Positions 19,349-29,331 of a stretch of DNA of 32,000 nucleotides are shown piece by piece. The translations under genes were made by a program, and so were the position numbers. A model generated the notes under the pieces. The model made no database searches. It saw nothing but the letters and a program-made list of their open reading frames with translations, and was not told the DNA's origin. Source of the DNA: Mycobacterium tuberculosis H37Rv (GTDB lineage Bacteria; Actinomycetota; Actinomycetes; Mycobacteriales; Mycobacteriaceae); the NCBI RefSeq assembly GCF_000195955.2, contig NC_000962.3:1320001-1352000 (forward strand), in the 5' to 3' direction. Positions within the stretch are counted from its first letter, which is position 1, and each line of letters begins with the position of its first letter.

Positions 19349-20524
19349 ATGGTGGATTTCGGGGCGTTACCACCGGAGATCAACTCCGCGAGGATGTACG
19401 CCGGCCCGGGTTCGGCCTCGCTGGTGGCCGCGGCTCAGATGTGGGACAGCGTGGCGAGTGACCTGTTTTCGGCCGCGTCGGCGTTTCAGTCGGTGGTCTG
19501 GGGTCTGACGGTGGGGTCGTGGATAGGTTCGTCGGCGGGTCTGATGGTGGCGGCGGCCTCGCCGTATGTGGCGTGGATGAGCGTCACCGCGGGGCAGGCC
19601 GAGCTGACCGCCGCCCAGGTCCGGGTTGCTGCGGCGGCCTACGAGACGGCGTATGGGCTGACGGTGCCCCCGCCGGTGATCGCCGAGAACCGTGCTGAAC
19701 TGATGATTCTGATAGCGACCAACCTCTTGGGGCAAAACACCCCGGCGATCGCGGTCAACGAGGCCGAATACGGCGAGATGTGGGCCCAAGACGCCGCCGC
19801 GATGTTTGGCTACGCCGCGGCGACGGCGACGGCGACGGCGACGTTGCTGCCGTTCGAGGAGGCGCCGGAGATGACCAGCGCGGGTGGGCTCCTCGAGCAG
19901 GCCGCCGCGGTCGAGGAGGCCTCCGACACCGCCGCGGCGAACCAGTTGATGAACAATGTGCCCCAGGCGCTGCAACAGCTGGCCCAGCCCACGCAGGGCA
20001 CCACGCCTTCTTCCAAGCTGGGTGGCCTGTGGAAGACGGTCTCGCCGCATCGGTCGCCGATCAGCAACATGGTGTCGATGGCCAACAACCACATGTCGAT
20101 GACCAACTCGGGTGTGTCGATGACCAACACCTTGAGCTCGATGTTGAAGGGCTTTGCTCCGGCGGCGGCCGCCCAGGCCGTGCAAACCGCGGCGCAAAAC
20201 GGGGTCCGGGCGATGAGCTCGCTGGGCAGCTCGCTGGGTTCTTCGGGTCTGGGCGGTGGGGTGGCCGCCAACTTGGGTCGGGCGGCCTCGGTCGGTTCGT
20301 TGTCGGTGCCGCAGGCCTGGGCCGCGGCCAACCAGGCAGTCACCCCGGCGGCGCGGGCGCTGCCGCTGACCAGCCTGACCAGCGCCGCGGAAAGAGGGCC
20401 CGGGCAGATGCTGGGCGGGCTGCCGGTGGGGCAGATGGGCGCCAGGGCCGGTGGTGGGCTCAGTGGTGTGCTGCGTGTTCCGCCGCGACCCTATGTGATG
20501 CCGCATTCTCCGGCGGCCGGCTAG
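19349..20524 (+). CDS. PPE18: PPE family protein PPE18 (Rv1196, Mtb39A antigen)
   Basis: 391 aa; 'MVDFGALPPEINSARMYAGPG', PPE-SVP motif 'GSLSVPQAW'. Confidence 0.96.
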   Translation: MVDFGALPPEINSARMYAGPGSASLVAAAQMWDSVASDLFSAASAFQSVVWGLTVGSWIGSSAGLMVAAASPYVAWMSVTAGQAELTAAQVRVAAAAYETAYGLTVPPPVIAENRAELMILIATNLLGQNTPAIAVNEAEYGEMWAQDAAAMFGYAAATATATATLLPFEEAPEMTSAGGLLEQAAAVEEASDTAAANQLMNNVPQALQQLAQPTQGTTPSSKLGGLWKTVSPHRSPISNMVSMANNHMSMTNSGVSMTNTLSSMLKGFAPAAAAQAVQTAAQNGVRAMSSLGSSLGSSGLGGGVAANLGRAASVGSLSVPQAWAAANQAVTPAARALPLTSLTSAAERGPGQMLGGLPVGQMGARAGGGLSGVLRVPPRPYVMPHSPAAG

Positions 20525-20613
20525 GAGAGGGGGCGCAGACTGTCGTTATTTGACCAGTGATCGGCGGTCTCGGTGTTTCCGCGGCCGGCTATGACAACAG
20601 TCAATGTGCATGA

Positions 20614-20955
<342 letters not shown>

Positions 20956-21005
20956 CGTCAGCCGCTGCAGCACAATACTTTTACAAGCGAAGGAGAACAG
21001 GTTCG

Positions 21006-21290
21006 ATGACCATCAACTATCAATTCGGGGATGTCGACGCTCACGGCGCCATGATCCGCGCTCAGGCCGGGTTGCTGGAGGCCGAGCATCAGGCCATCAT
21101 TCGTGATGTGTTGACCGCGAGTGACTTTTGGGGCGGCGCCGGTTCGGCGGCCTGCCAGGGGTTCATTACCCAGTTGGGCCGTAACTTCCAGGTGATCTAC
21201 GAGCAGGCCAACGCCCACGGGCAGAAGGTGCAGGCTGCCGGCAACAACATGGCGCAAACCGACAGCGCCGTCGGCTCCAGCTGGGCCTGA
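21006..21290 (+). CDS. esxL: ESAT-6-like WXG100 protein EsxL (Rv1198)
   Basis: 94 aa; WGG in 'ASDFWGGAGS'; immediately downstream of esxK; SD-like GAAGGAGA. Confidence 0.95.
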   Translation: MTINYQFGDVDAHGAMIRAQAGLLEAEHQAIIRDVLTASDFWGGAGSAACQGFITQLGRNFQVIYEQANAHGQKVQAAGNNMAQTDSAVGSSWA

Positions 21291-21333
21291 CACCAGGCCA
21301 AGGCCAGGGACGTGGTGTACGAGTGAAGGTTCC

Positions 21334-21348
21334 TCGCGTGATCCTTCG
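21334..21348 (+). repeat. IS1081 terminal inverted repeat (transposase 3' end side)
   Basis: TCGCGTGATCCTTCG, exact reverse complement of 22643-22657. Confidence 0.95.
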
Positions 21349-21357
21349 GGTGGCAGT

Positions 21358-22605
21358 CTAGGTGGTCAGTGCTGGGGTGTTGGTGGTTTGCTGCTTGGCG
21401 GGTTCTTCGGTGCTGGTCAGTGCTGCTCGGGCTCGGGTGAGGACCTCGAGGCCCAGGTAGCGCCGTCCTTCGATCCATTCGTCGTGTTGTTCGGCGAGGA
21501 CGGCTCCGACGAGGCGGATGATCGAGGCGCGGTCGGGGAAGATGCCCACGACGTCGGTTCGGCGTCGTACCTCTCGGTTGAGGCGTTCCTGGGGGTTGTT
21601 GGACCAGATTTGGCGCCAGATCTGCTTGGGGAAGGCGGTGAACGCCAGCAGGTCGGTGCGGGCGGTGTCGAGGTGCTCGGCCACCGCGGGGAGTTTGTCG
21701 GTCAGAGCGTCGAGTACCCGATCATATTGGGCAACAACTGATTCGGCGTCGGGCTGGTCGTAGATGGAGTGCAGCAGGGTGCGCACCCACGGCCAGGAGG
21801 GCTTCGGGGTGGCTGCCATCAGATTGGCTGCGTAGTGGGTTCTGCAGCGCTGCCAGGCCGCTGCGGGCAGGGTGGCGCCGATCGCGGCCACCAGGCCGGC
21901 GTGGGCGTCGCTGGTGACCAGCGCGACCCCGGACAGGCCGCGGGCGACCAGGTCGCGGAAGAACGCCAGCCAGCCGGCCCCGTCCTCGGCGGAGGTGACC
22001 TGGATGCCCAGGATCTCTCGGTAGCCCTCGGCGTTGACGCCGGTGGCGATCAAGGTGTGCACTCCGACGACGCGGCCTGCCTCGCGCACCTTGAGCACCA
22101 GGGCGTCGGCGGCGAGGAAGGTATACGGGCCGGCATCGAGCGGGCGGGTCCGAAACGCCTCTACGGCTTCGTCGAGCTCTTTGGCCATGATCGACACTTG
22201 CGACTTGGAAAGCTTTGTCACACCAAGTGTTTCGACCAGGCGCTCCATCCGGCGAGTGGATACTCCCAGCAGGTAGCAGGTCGCCACCACGCTGGTCAGT
22301 GCGCGTTCAGCTCGCTTGCGGCGCTGCAGCAGCCAGTCCGGGAAATAGCTGCCCTGGCGCAGCTTGGGGATCGCGACGTCGATGGTTGCGGCACGGGTGT
22401 CGAAATCACGGTGGCGGTAGCCGTTGCGCTGATTGGACCGCTCATCGCTGCGTTCGCGGTAGCCCGCCCCGCACAGGGCGTCGGCTTCAGCCCCCATCAA
22501 GGCGGCGATGAACGTCGAGAGCAGCCCGCGCAGCAGATCCGGGCTCGCCTGTGCGAGTTGGTCAGCCAGAAGCTGCTCGGTGTCGATAAGATGAGAAGAG
22601 GTCAT
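21358..22605 (-). CDS. IS1081 transposase, IS256/mutator family (Rv1199c)
   Basis: 415 aa from 'MTSSHLIDTEQLLADQLAQASPDLLRG'; mutator-type transposase region 'GVALVTSDAHAGLVAAI'. Confidence 0.96.
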   Translation of the reverse strand: MTSSHLIDTEQLLADQLAQASPDLLRGLLSTFIAALMGAEADALCGAGYRERSDERSNQRNGYRHRDFDTRAATIDVAIPKLRQGSYFPDWLLQRRKRAERALTSVVATCYLLGVSTRRMERLVETLGVTKLSKSQVSIMAKELDEAVEAFRTRPLDAGPYTFLAADALVLKVREAGRVVGVHTLIATGVNAEGYREILGIQVTSAEDGAGWLAFFRDLVARGLSGVALVTSDAHAGLVAAIGATLPAAAWQRCRTHYAANLMAATPKPSWPWVRTLLHSIYDQPDAESVVAQYDRVLDALTDKLPAVAEHLDTARTDLLAFTAFPKQIWRQIWSNNPQERLNREVRRRTDVVGIFPDRASIIRLVGAVLAEQHDEWIEGRRYLGLEVLTRARAALTSTEEPAKQQTTNTPALTT

Positions 22606-22642
22606 TGCGTCATTTCCTTCGATTGACTTTTGCTGGTCGTTT

Positions 22643-22657
22643 CGAAGGATCACGCGA
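22643..22657 (-). repeat. IS1081 terminal inverted repeat (transposase 5' end side)
   Basis: CGAAGGATCACGCGA. Confidence 0.95.
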
Positions 22658-22941
22658 TGACCGCCCACTACTGGGCTACGACACGCCCACCGGCCTTACC
22701 TGCCCGTACACCACACCCCTGGACGTAACTTGACACCAATCCACAGCACCGAGCAGTGACAGAAGGTGCCCCAAGGTGTGGTGAAACTCGCTGGACGGTC
22801 CCCAGGATGTTGGCAGCACATTCACCGGACATGACCGGAGCAAGACCGGACATCCTCCCATACCGTCGTCGCCGTGTACATCCGTAGCCCGTCCTGGCAG
22901 GTGCTGGGTTGACCAAAATCAGCCCAACACCTGCCACGACG

Positions 22942-24219
22942 ATGAAGCGGGTTGCGCTGGCATGTCTTGTCGGCTCGGCGATCGAATTCTACGACTTCCT
23001 TATCTACGGCACCGCTGCGGCGCTGGTGTTTCCCACCGTGTTCTTCCCACACCTGGATCCCACGGTGGCCGCCGTGGCCTCGATGGGGACATTTGCTGTG
23101 GCGTTCCTATCCCGGCCGTTCGGCGCGGCCGTCTTTGGATACTTTGGAGACCGCCTCGGCCGCAAGAAGACCCTGGTCGCCACACTGTTGATCATGGGCC
23201 TGGCAACCGTGACTGTCGGGCTGGTTCCAACGACAGTGGCCATCGGCGCCGCGGCCCCACTGATCCTGACGACCATGCGGCTGCTGCAAGGGTTCGCGGT
23301 CGGCGGCGAGTGGGCCGGTTCGGCGCTGCTGAGCGCCGAGTACGCGCCCGCCAGCAAACGTGGCTGGTACGGGATGTTCACCGTTGTGGGTGGCGGCATC
23401 GCGCTGGTACTGACCAGCCTGACCTTTCTGGGCGTGAACTACACCATTGGCGAAAGCAGCCCCACATTCATGCAGTGGGGGTGGCGCATACCGTTTCTGG
23501 TCAGTGCGGCGCTGATCGCCGTCGCCCTATACGTGCGGTTCAACATCGACGAGACCCCGGTGTTCGCCCGGGAAAGGGCAGACGAAAAAACCCGTTTGGG
23601 CCCAGCCGAAACGCCGATTGCCCAAGTACTGCGGCGGCAGCGGCGAGAGATAGTCTTGGCCGCCGGCAGCGCCGTTTGCTGCTTCGGCTTCGTCTACCTG
23701 GCCAGCACTTACTTGGCCAGCTACGCTCAAACCCGACTGGGGTATTCGCGCGGCAGCATCCTGTTCGACAGTGTGCTGGGTGGACTGCTGTGCATCGTGT
23801 TCACCGCGCTTTCTTCCGCTCTTTGCGACCAACTCGGGCGCCGCCGCGTCCTATTGGCCGGGTGGGCGGTGGCTCTACCCTGGTCGCTGTTGGTCATGCC
23901 GCTGATCGACTCCGGCAGCCCCAGTTTGTTCGCGGTGGCTGTCGTCGGCATGTATGCCATCGGCGGATTCGGTTTCGGACCCACGGCATCGTTCATCCCA
24001 GAACTGTTTGCTACTAGCTACCGATACACGGGCAGCGCGCTCGCGGCGAATCTCGCTGGGGTTGCCGGCGGCGCGCTACCGCCGGTGATTGCCGGCGCGC
24101 TGGTGGCAACCTATGGCAGCTGGGCGATCGGTGTCATGCTGGCCATCCTCGCGTTGATCAGCCTGGTATGCACCTATCGGTTGCCCGAAACCGCCGGATC
24201 GGCCCTCGTCAGCCGCTAG
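22942..24219 (+). CDS. MFS transporter, metabolite:H+ symporter type (Rv1200)
   Basis: 425 aa from '[30 protein letters not shown]'; '[11 protein letters not shown]', '[24 protein letters not shown]'. Confidence 0.9.
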   Translation: MKRVALACLVGSAIEFYDFLIYGTAAALVFPTVFFPHLDPTVAAVASMGTFAVAFLSRPFGAAVFGYFGDRLGRKKTLVATLLIMGLATVTVGLVPTTVAIGAAAPLILTTMRLLQGFAVGGEWAGSALLSAEYAPASKRGWYGMFTVVGGGIALVLTSLTFLGVNYTIGESSPTFMQWGWRIPFLVSAALIAVALYVRFNIDETPVFARERADEKTRLGPAETPIAQVLRRQRREIVLAAGSAVCCFGFVYLASTYLASYAQTRLGYSRGSILFDSVLGGLLCIVFTALSSALCDQLGRRRVLLAGWAVALPWSLLVMPLIDSGSPSLFAVAVVGMYAIGGFGFGPTASFIPELFATSYRYTGSALAANLAGVAGGALPPVIAGALVATYGSWAIGVMLAILALISLVCTYRLPETAGSALVSR

Positions 24220-25169
24220 TTGGCGTGCAGGTCCTCGTTGAGGGCAATGCCCTGACCGTCGCGGGCCAGCACTTCGACCGCCCCGCTGACGGAATTGCGG
24301 CGAAACAGCAGGTTGCTGCTCCCGGAGAGCTCACGCGCCTTGACCGAATTGCTGTCGGGCATGGTGACCCTCGTGCCGGCGGTCACGTACAGCCCGGCCT
24401 CCACCACGCAGTCGTCGCCCAGTGAGATGCCCAGACCGGAGTTGGCGCCGAGCAGACAACGCTTGCCGATCGAAATGACGTGTGTTCCACCGCCAGACAG
24501 CGTGCCCATGATCGACGCTCCGCCGCCGACATCGGAGCCGTCGCCCACCACCACACCCGCCGAGATGCGGCCTTCCACCATCGAGGCGCCCAGGGTGCCG
24601 GCGTTGTAGTTGACGAAGCCCTCATGCATCACGGTGGTGCCCGGCGCCAGGTGAGCGCCCAACCGCACGCGGTCGGCATCGGCGATACGTACGCCGGTGG
24701 GCACGACGTAGTCGACCATCCGGGGAAACTTGTCGACGCCATACACAGTCACCGGTCCGCGGCGGCGCAGCCGCGCCCGCACCGCCTCGAAACCGTCTAT
24801 GGCGCAGGGTCCGTGATTGGTCCACACCACATTGGTCAGCACCCCAAACAAGCCGCCGGCGTTCAACCCATGGGGCGCCACCAGGCGGTGCGACAAGAGG
24901 TGAAGCCGCAGGTAAGCATCGTATGGGTCAGCGGCGACATCGTCGAGCGAGCCGATGACCGTACGGACCGCGATGGTCTCGGTGCGGCGGTCGTCATCGC
25001 GGCCGATCAGCGCGGCCAGCTCGACAGGAACGTCGGACACCGCCAGTCGTGACGTCGCGCTGGTGCCCGATTCGGTCAGTTCCGGCGCGGGAAACCAGGT
25101 GTCGAGGACCGATCCGTCAGCGGCGAGGGTAGCCAGGCCGATGCCTGCTGCTCCAGTCACGGTCGACAC
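24216..25169 (-). CDS. dapD: Tetrahydrodipicolinate N-succinyltransferase DapD (Rv1201c)
   Basis: 317 aa from GTG 25169; left-handed beta-helix/hexapeptide region '[29 protein letters not shown]'; beside dapE. Confidence 0.94.
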   Translation of the reverse strand: MSTVTGAAGIGLATLAADGSVLDTWFPAPELTESGTSATSRLAVSDVPVELAALIGRDDDRRTETIAVRTVIGSLDDVAADPYDAYLRLHLLSHRLVAPHGLNAGGLFGVLTNVVWTNHGPCAIDGFEAVRARLRRRGPVTVYGVDKFPRMVDYVVPTGVRIADADRVRLGAHLAPGTTVMHEGFVNYNAGTLGASMVEGRISAGVVVGDGSDVGGGASIMGTLSGGGTHVISIGKRCLLGANSGLGISLGDDCVVEAGLYVTAGTRVTMPDSNSVKARELSGSSNLLFRRNSVSGAVEVLARDGQGIALNEDLHAN

Positions 25170-25259
25170 GCTACTTGTGCCGCCGAACAGACACAAAACC
25201 ACCCTATTTCGACCAGAATCGGGTGCTTTTGCGTCTGCTCGGCCAACTAAGCTAGCGCC

Positions 25260-26324
25260 GTGCTGGATTTGCGCGGGGACCCGATCGAATTGACCGCGGC
25301 GCTGATTGACATCCCCAGCGAGTCGAGGAAGGAGGCACGCATCGCCGACGAGGTGGAAGCGGCGTTGCGCGCTCAGGCATCGGGGTTCGAGATCATCCGC
25401 AACGGCAACGCGGTGCTGGCGCGTACAAAGCTGAACCGGTCCTCGCGGGTGCTGTTGGCCGGACACCTGGACACCGTGCCAGTGGCCGGCAACCTGCCTA
25501 GCCGCCGCGAGAACGACCAGCTGCACGGCTGCGGCGCAGCCGACATGAAATCCGGCGACGCGGTCTTCCTTCATCTGGCCGCTACACTGGCCGAACCGAC
25601 GCACGATCTAACACTGGTGTTCTACGACTGCGAGGAAATCGATTCGGCGGCAAACGGTTTAGGCCGCATCCAGCGCGAGCTGCCGGACTGGCTATCCGCG
25701 GATGTAGCCATCTTGGGTGAGCCCACCGCCGGCTGCATCGAGGCTGGTTGCCAGGGCACGTTGCGTGTCGTCCTCAGCGTGACCGGAACTCGCGCGCATT
25801 CAGCGCGTTCGTGGTTGGGTGACAACGCAATCCACAAGTTGGGTGCTGTGCTGGACCGGTTGGCCGTCTACCGGGCACGCAGCGTCGACATCGACGGTTG
25901 CACCTATCGGGAGGGCCTCTCGGCGGTGCGCGTAGCAGGCGGCGTCGCCGGCAACGTGATCCCTGACGCGGCCTCGGTCACGATCAACTACCGCTTTGCC
26001 CCCGACCGGTCGGTGGCCGCGGCATTGCAACATGTCCATGACGTGTTCGACGGGCTCGACGTGCAGATCGAGCAGACGGACGCCGCGGCCGGTGCGCTGC
26101 CTGGCCTGTCCGAGCCCGCGGCCAAGGCGCTGGTCGAGGCCGCCGGCGGGCAGGTCCGGGCCAAGTATGGCTGGACTGATGTGTCGCGCTTTGCCGCTTT
26201 GGGCATACCGGCGGTCAATTACGGCCCGGGTGATCCCAACCTGGCGCACTGCCGCGACGAACGGGTGCCCGTCGGCAACATCACCGCGGCCGTGGACTTG
26301 CTGCGCCGATACCTGGGTGGCTAG
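25260..26324 (+). CDS. dapE: Succinyl-diaminopimelate desuccinylase DapE (Rv1202)
   Basis: 354 aa M20 peptidase; '[15 protein letters not shown]', '[19 protein letters not shown]', '[10 protein letters not shown]', '[13 protein letters not shown]'. Confidence 0.95.
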   Translation: MLDLRGDPIELTAALIDIPSESRKEARIADEVEAALRAQASGFEIIRNGNAVLARTKLNRSSRVLLAGHLDTVPVAGNLPSRRENDQLHGCGAADMKSGDAVFLHLAATLAEPTHDLTLVFYDCEEIDSAANGLGRIQRELPDWLSADVAILGEPTAGCIEAGCQGTLRVVLSVTGTRAHSARSWLGDNAIHKLGAVLDRLAVYRARSVDIDGCTYREGLSAVRVAGGVAGNVIPDAASVTINYRFAPDRSVAAALQHVHDVFDGLDVQIEQTDAAAGALPGLSEPAAKALVEAAGGQVRAKYGWTDVSRFAALGIPAVNYGPGDPNLAHCRDERVPVGNITAAVDLLRRYLGG

Positions 26325-26905
26325 CGCTGCTGTGGCCCCAAGCGTGCTGCCGCCTTGGTCGCGTCGGCTGCCGCGGCTGCCATCCCGATCCCGGCCAGCT
26401 CCTCAGCCACCGCGGTCAGCTCGGCAGCATCTCCGTCGGCCAGGCCACGGGCGTGCTTGACGAGGATATTTCCTACGGTGCAGTCGATTTCGGCGGCGAG
26501 GCGAGTCACCGGGTCCACCGCACGGATGTCGCCCAACCGAACCGCGTTATGCCAGGCGCATAGGGCCACCGCCGCCTGCCCGGCCCGCTCAGCCGTCCGG
26601 GCGGCCTCCCGGGCCGCCGCGATGGCCCCTGTCATGTCCTGGGCCGCCGCCCTGGTCCAGGCCCTGGCCAGCCCGAGCTCGGGTGCGAACAACGCGGACT
26701 TCGTTCCGTGCCGAGCTTCAGCGCGCTGCAGTGTTTTTGCAGACTCGGCGATATGGCCTTGCTGCGCGATGGCCGTTGCCAACAACATCAGCGACAGCGG
26801 ACCCCACGAGTAGCCGGTTCGTTCCAGTGTGGCGGCGGCCGGCTCCAGCATCGATGCCGCGGCGCCGAATTCGCCTTTGGTGATCAGTACGTACGCCAAC
26901 AACAC
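26321..26905 (-). CDS. Conserved hypothetical, helical TPR-like (Rv1203c); probable 3' fragment of the Rv1204c gene
   Basis: 194-aa ORF starting GTG 26905, in the same frame as Rv1204c and 33 nt (TAG plus 10 sense codons) after its last sense codon; TPR-like Ala/Leu-rich sequence. Confidence 0.7.
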   Translation of the reverse strand: MLLAYVLITKGEFGAAASMLEPAAATLERTGYSWGPLSLMLLATAIAQQGHIAESAKTLQRAEARHGTKSALFAPELGLARAWTRAAAQDMTGAIAAAREAARTAERAGQAAVALCAWHNAVRLGDIRAVDPVTRLAAEIDCTVGNILVKHARGLADGDAAELTAVAEELAGIGMAAAAADATKAAARLGPQQR

Positions 26906-26935
26906 TTCACCGATGGACCGGCCAGGTTGCTGCAG

Positions 26936-28624
26936 CTAGGCGAAGTCGGTGAACCGCTTGGCCAGCTCCTGAGCCGGCGCGACGTCGCCTGCCAGCAGCA
27001 GCGACGTGATCTGAGCCAGGCCCACGGTGAACCGCAGCAGCCCCGGATGTTCGGCGGCCGACGCCCGTTCGGCCAGCCGGTCAACGTCGCCGAACCGGCC
27101 CATTCGTGCCGATGATAACGCGGCAGCGCTGGCGGCCCAGGCCACGGCCATGTCGTCGGCAGCCGGTCCGGACAGCACCTCGGTGGCCAGCGTGATGGCC
27201 CGCGGCAAGTTTCCGGAGTTCATCGCAAACGTGGCCGCCAGCGCATCCAGGGTGCTGCGGGCCGTGGGCTCGGTCACTCGGCTGCGGGTCGTCTGCAGAA
27301 ACGCCGTGGCGCGCTCGGGCTCGTTGAGCATCCAGAACCGATTCGCCGCCCGGGGTATCGCCCAGGCCATCAGCTCGGTCTCGGTCAATTCGGCGGGATT
27401 CACCGCCGCCAGCACCGCGTCAGCTTCGCGACCGCGACCCTGCCAACCGAGTGCGTAAGCCAAGGGCAGGCGTGCCGCCAGGGCGTCCGACCTATCCAGC
27501 GCTGCCCGCGCCAACCGTTCGGCAAGCCGGACGTCGCCGAGCCGCAGGGCCTGCCCGGCTGCGGTCGCCGCATCCGTGACCGCGGCCGGGGTAGCACTGG
27601 CGGGGACGTCGATGGCCAGTGAGGACAGCCGTAACTGATCGCTGACATGGTCGGATGGGTGCTTGGCCAGCTGCGCGACCAGCGACACGCGCAATGCATG
27701 CGCGTGCTCGGCCGTCAATACGGCGCGTGCGCGGTCGGCGTACAGCGGATGGCCGACAAAAATCTCGCTGGTATCGCTGTCGGGACCCACCCGCACCGCG
27801 CCGGCGGCTTCGGCTTGGCCGAGCGTGTCCAACTGCTCGCCACCGACCAGGGCCACCAGGTCGGTGCGCGCCAACGGTTCGGCGATGGCGAGGTAGTCGA
27901 CAACGGCGCGGGCCGGTTCCGGCAGGGCGCACAGGTACTCGTCGATCACGCCGGACAGCGGCCGACGATCCTCGTCTCGACAGCGCCACCGGCCGTCCAC
28001 GTGTTCGAGACCACCGCCGTCGATGAGGTGGCGCAGATACAACGGGTTGCCAAGGCTGCGCCGAAAGAGCTCGTCGGCGTCGGCGACGTCCAGTGTCGCG
28101 TCCAGCGCCGACTCCACGAACGCCGCGGTTTGGGCCCTGTCGAGCGGCTCGATGGCGACCCGGGTGAGCAGGTCATCGGACCAGAGCGCAGCTATAGCGT
28201 CCGGTGGCTCGGCCTCCGAGGCGACGGTGACCACCAGCCGCGCCGCCCCGGCCCGCGCCAGCTGGTACACCAAGGTGGCCGACAGCGGATCCAGGTTGTG
28301 CGCGTCGTCGACCACCAGCAGCAGATCGCCAGCATCACCGGTCAGGGAACTACGCGCCGCCCGCAGCAGCGCCGCGGGCCGCCCAATGTCGGCTCCGGAG
28401 GCGGGCAGGCTGATCAAATGGCGGAAAGCGCCGAACGGGATGGCCCGCCCTGGAGCGGTTCCCACCACCCAGCGAGCCCGGCCGCTCCTGCCGTCCTCGG
28501 ACATGACCTGCTCGGCAGCCAGTTGCGCCAGCAGCGTCTTGCCGACGCCGTGTGGCCCGACCAGCACCACCCCGCACCGATCCGGACTGTCGACGGCCGC
28601 CTCCACGTGTTTCCAGACGCGCAT
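26936..28624 (-). CDS. P-loop ATPase related to LuxR-family large ATP-binding (LAL) regulators, without HTH (Rv1204c)
   Basis: 562 aa; Walker A 'VVLVGPHGVGKTLLA', Walker B 'DLLLVVDDAHNLD', TPR-like C-terminal half. Confidence 0.82.
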   Translation of the reverse strand: MRVWKHVEAAVDSPDRCGVVLVGPHGVGKTLLAQLAAEQVMSEDGRSGRARWVVGTAPGRAIPFGAFRHLISLPASGADIGRPAALLRAARSSLTGDAGDLLLVVDDAHNLDPLSATLVYQLARAGAARLVVTVASEAEPPDAIAALWSDDLLTRVAIEPLDRAQTAAFVESALDATLDVADADELFRRSLGNPLYLRHLIDGGGLEHVDGRWRCRDEDRRPLSGVIDEYLCALPEPARAVVDYLAIAEPLARTDLVALVGGEQLDTLGQAEAAGAVRVGPDSDTSEIFVGHPLYADRARAVLTAEHAHALRVSLVAQLAKHPSDHVSDQLRLSSLAIDVPASATPAAVTDAATAAGQALRLGDVRLAERLARAALDRSDALAARLPLAYALGWQGRGREADAVLAAVNPAELTETELMAWAIPRAANRFWMLNEPERATAFLQTTRSRVTEPTARSTLDALAATFAMNSGNLPRAITLATEVLSGPAADDMAVAWAASAAALSSARMGRFGDVDRLAERASAAEHPGLLRFTVGLAQITSLLLAGDVAPAQELAKRFTDFA

Positions 28625-28718
28625 CGCCGGATTTTATGGCGGTTGCGCCCAACGACATTCGAGCGGGGGATAGGCCAAAAATGTACGCGGTTCACATCGG
28701 TGGTCTACGTTCTGGTGT

Positions 28719-29282
28719 ATGTCGGCGAAAATCGACATTACCGGTGATTGGACTGTGGCCGTGTATTGCGCGGCCTCGCCAACGCACGCGGAGTTGCTAG
28801 AGCTGGCCGCCGAAGTCGGCGCGGCAATCGCCGGACGTGGCTGGACGCTGGTGTGGGGAGGTGGCCATGTTTCGGCGATGGGGGCTGTCGCCTCGGCGGC
28901 GCGAGCCTGCGGCGGCTGGACCGTCGGCGTGATTCCCAAGATGCTGGTGTACCGCGAACTGGCTGATCACGACGCCGACGAGCTAATCGTCACCGACACC
29001 ATGTGGGAGCGCAAGCAGATTATGGAAGATCGCTCAGATGCGTTCATCGTGTTGCCGGGCGGTGTCGGCACCCTAGACGAGCTGTTTGACGCATGGACCG
29101 ACGGGTATCTCGGTACCCATGACAAACCCATTGTGATGGTAGATCCCTGGGGGCATTTCGATGGACTGCGGGCATGGCTGAACGGATTGCTCGACACCGG
29201 TTACGTCTCACCCACGGCGATGGAACGGCTGGTGGTAGTCGATAACGTCAAGGACGCTCTGCGGGCCTGCGCACCTTCCTGA
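28719..29282 (+). CDS. LOG family cytokinin riboside 5'-monophosphate phosphoribohydrolase (Rv1205)
   Basis: 187 aa; 'GGGHVSAMGAVA' and signature 'PGGVGTLDELFDAW' (PGGxGTxxE). Confidence 0.92.
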   Translation: MSAKIDITGDWTVAVYCAASPTHAELLELAAEVGAAIAGRGWTLVWGGGHVSAMGAVASAARACGGWTVGVIPKMLVYRELADHDADELIVTDTMWERKQIMEDRSDAFIVLPGGVGTLDELFDAWTDGYLGTHDKPIVMVDPWGHFDGLRAWLNGLLDTGYVSPTAMERLVVVDNVKDALRACAPS

Positions 29283-29331
29283 GGTTGGTCGACAACCAAT
29301 TCGACATTTCGCAAACGAATCGAGGGCTTAC

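Larger units (their letters stand above)
21334..22657 (-). mobile_element. IS1081: Complete IS1081 (IS256 family), 1324 bp
   Basis: Perfect 15-bp terminal inverted repeats TCGCGTGATCCTTCG / CGAAGGATCACGCGA bounding exactly 1324 bp, with an intact transposase ORF inside. Confidence 0.97.

Noticed and set aside
19367-20506. 379-aa minus-strand ORF antisense to PPE18.
   Set aside because: His/Arg/Gly-rich product typical of a GC-rich shadow frame; PPE18 is well supported on the opposite strand.
21769-22626. 285-aa ORF antisense to the IS1081 transposase.
   Set aside because: No RBS or motifs; it overlaps a well-known transposase gene and is best explained as codon-bias shadow.
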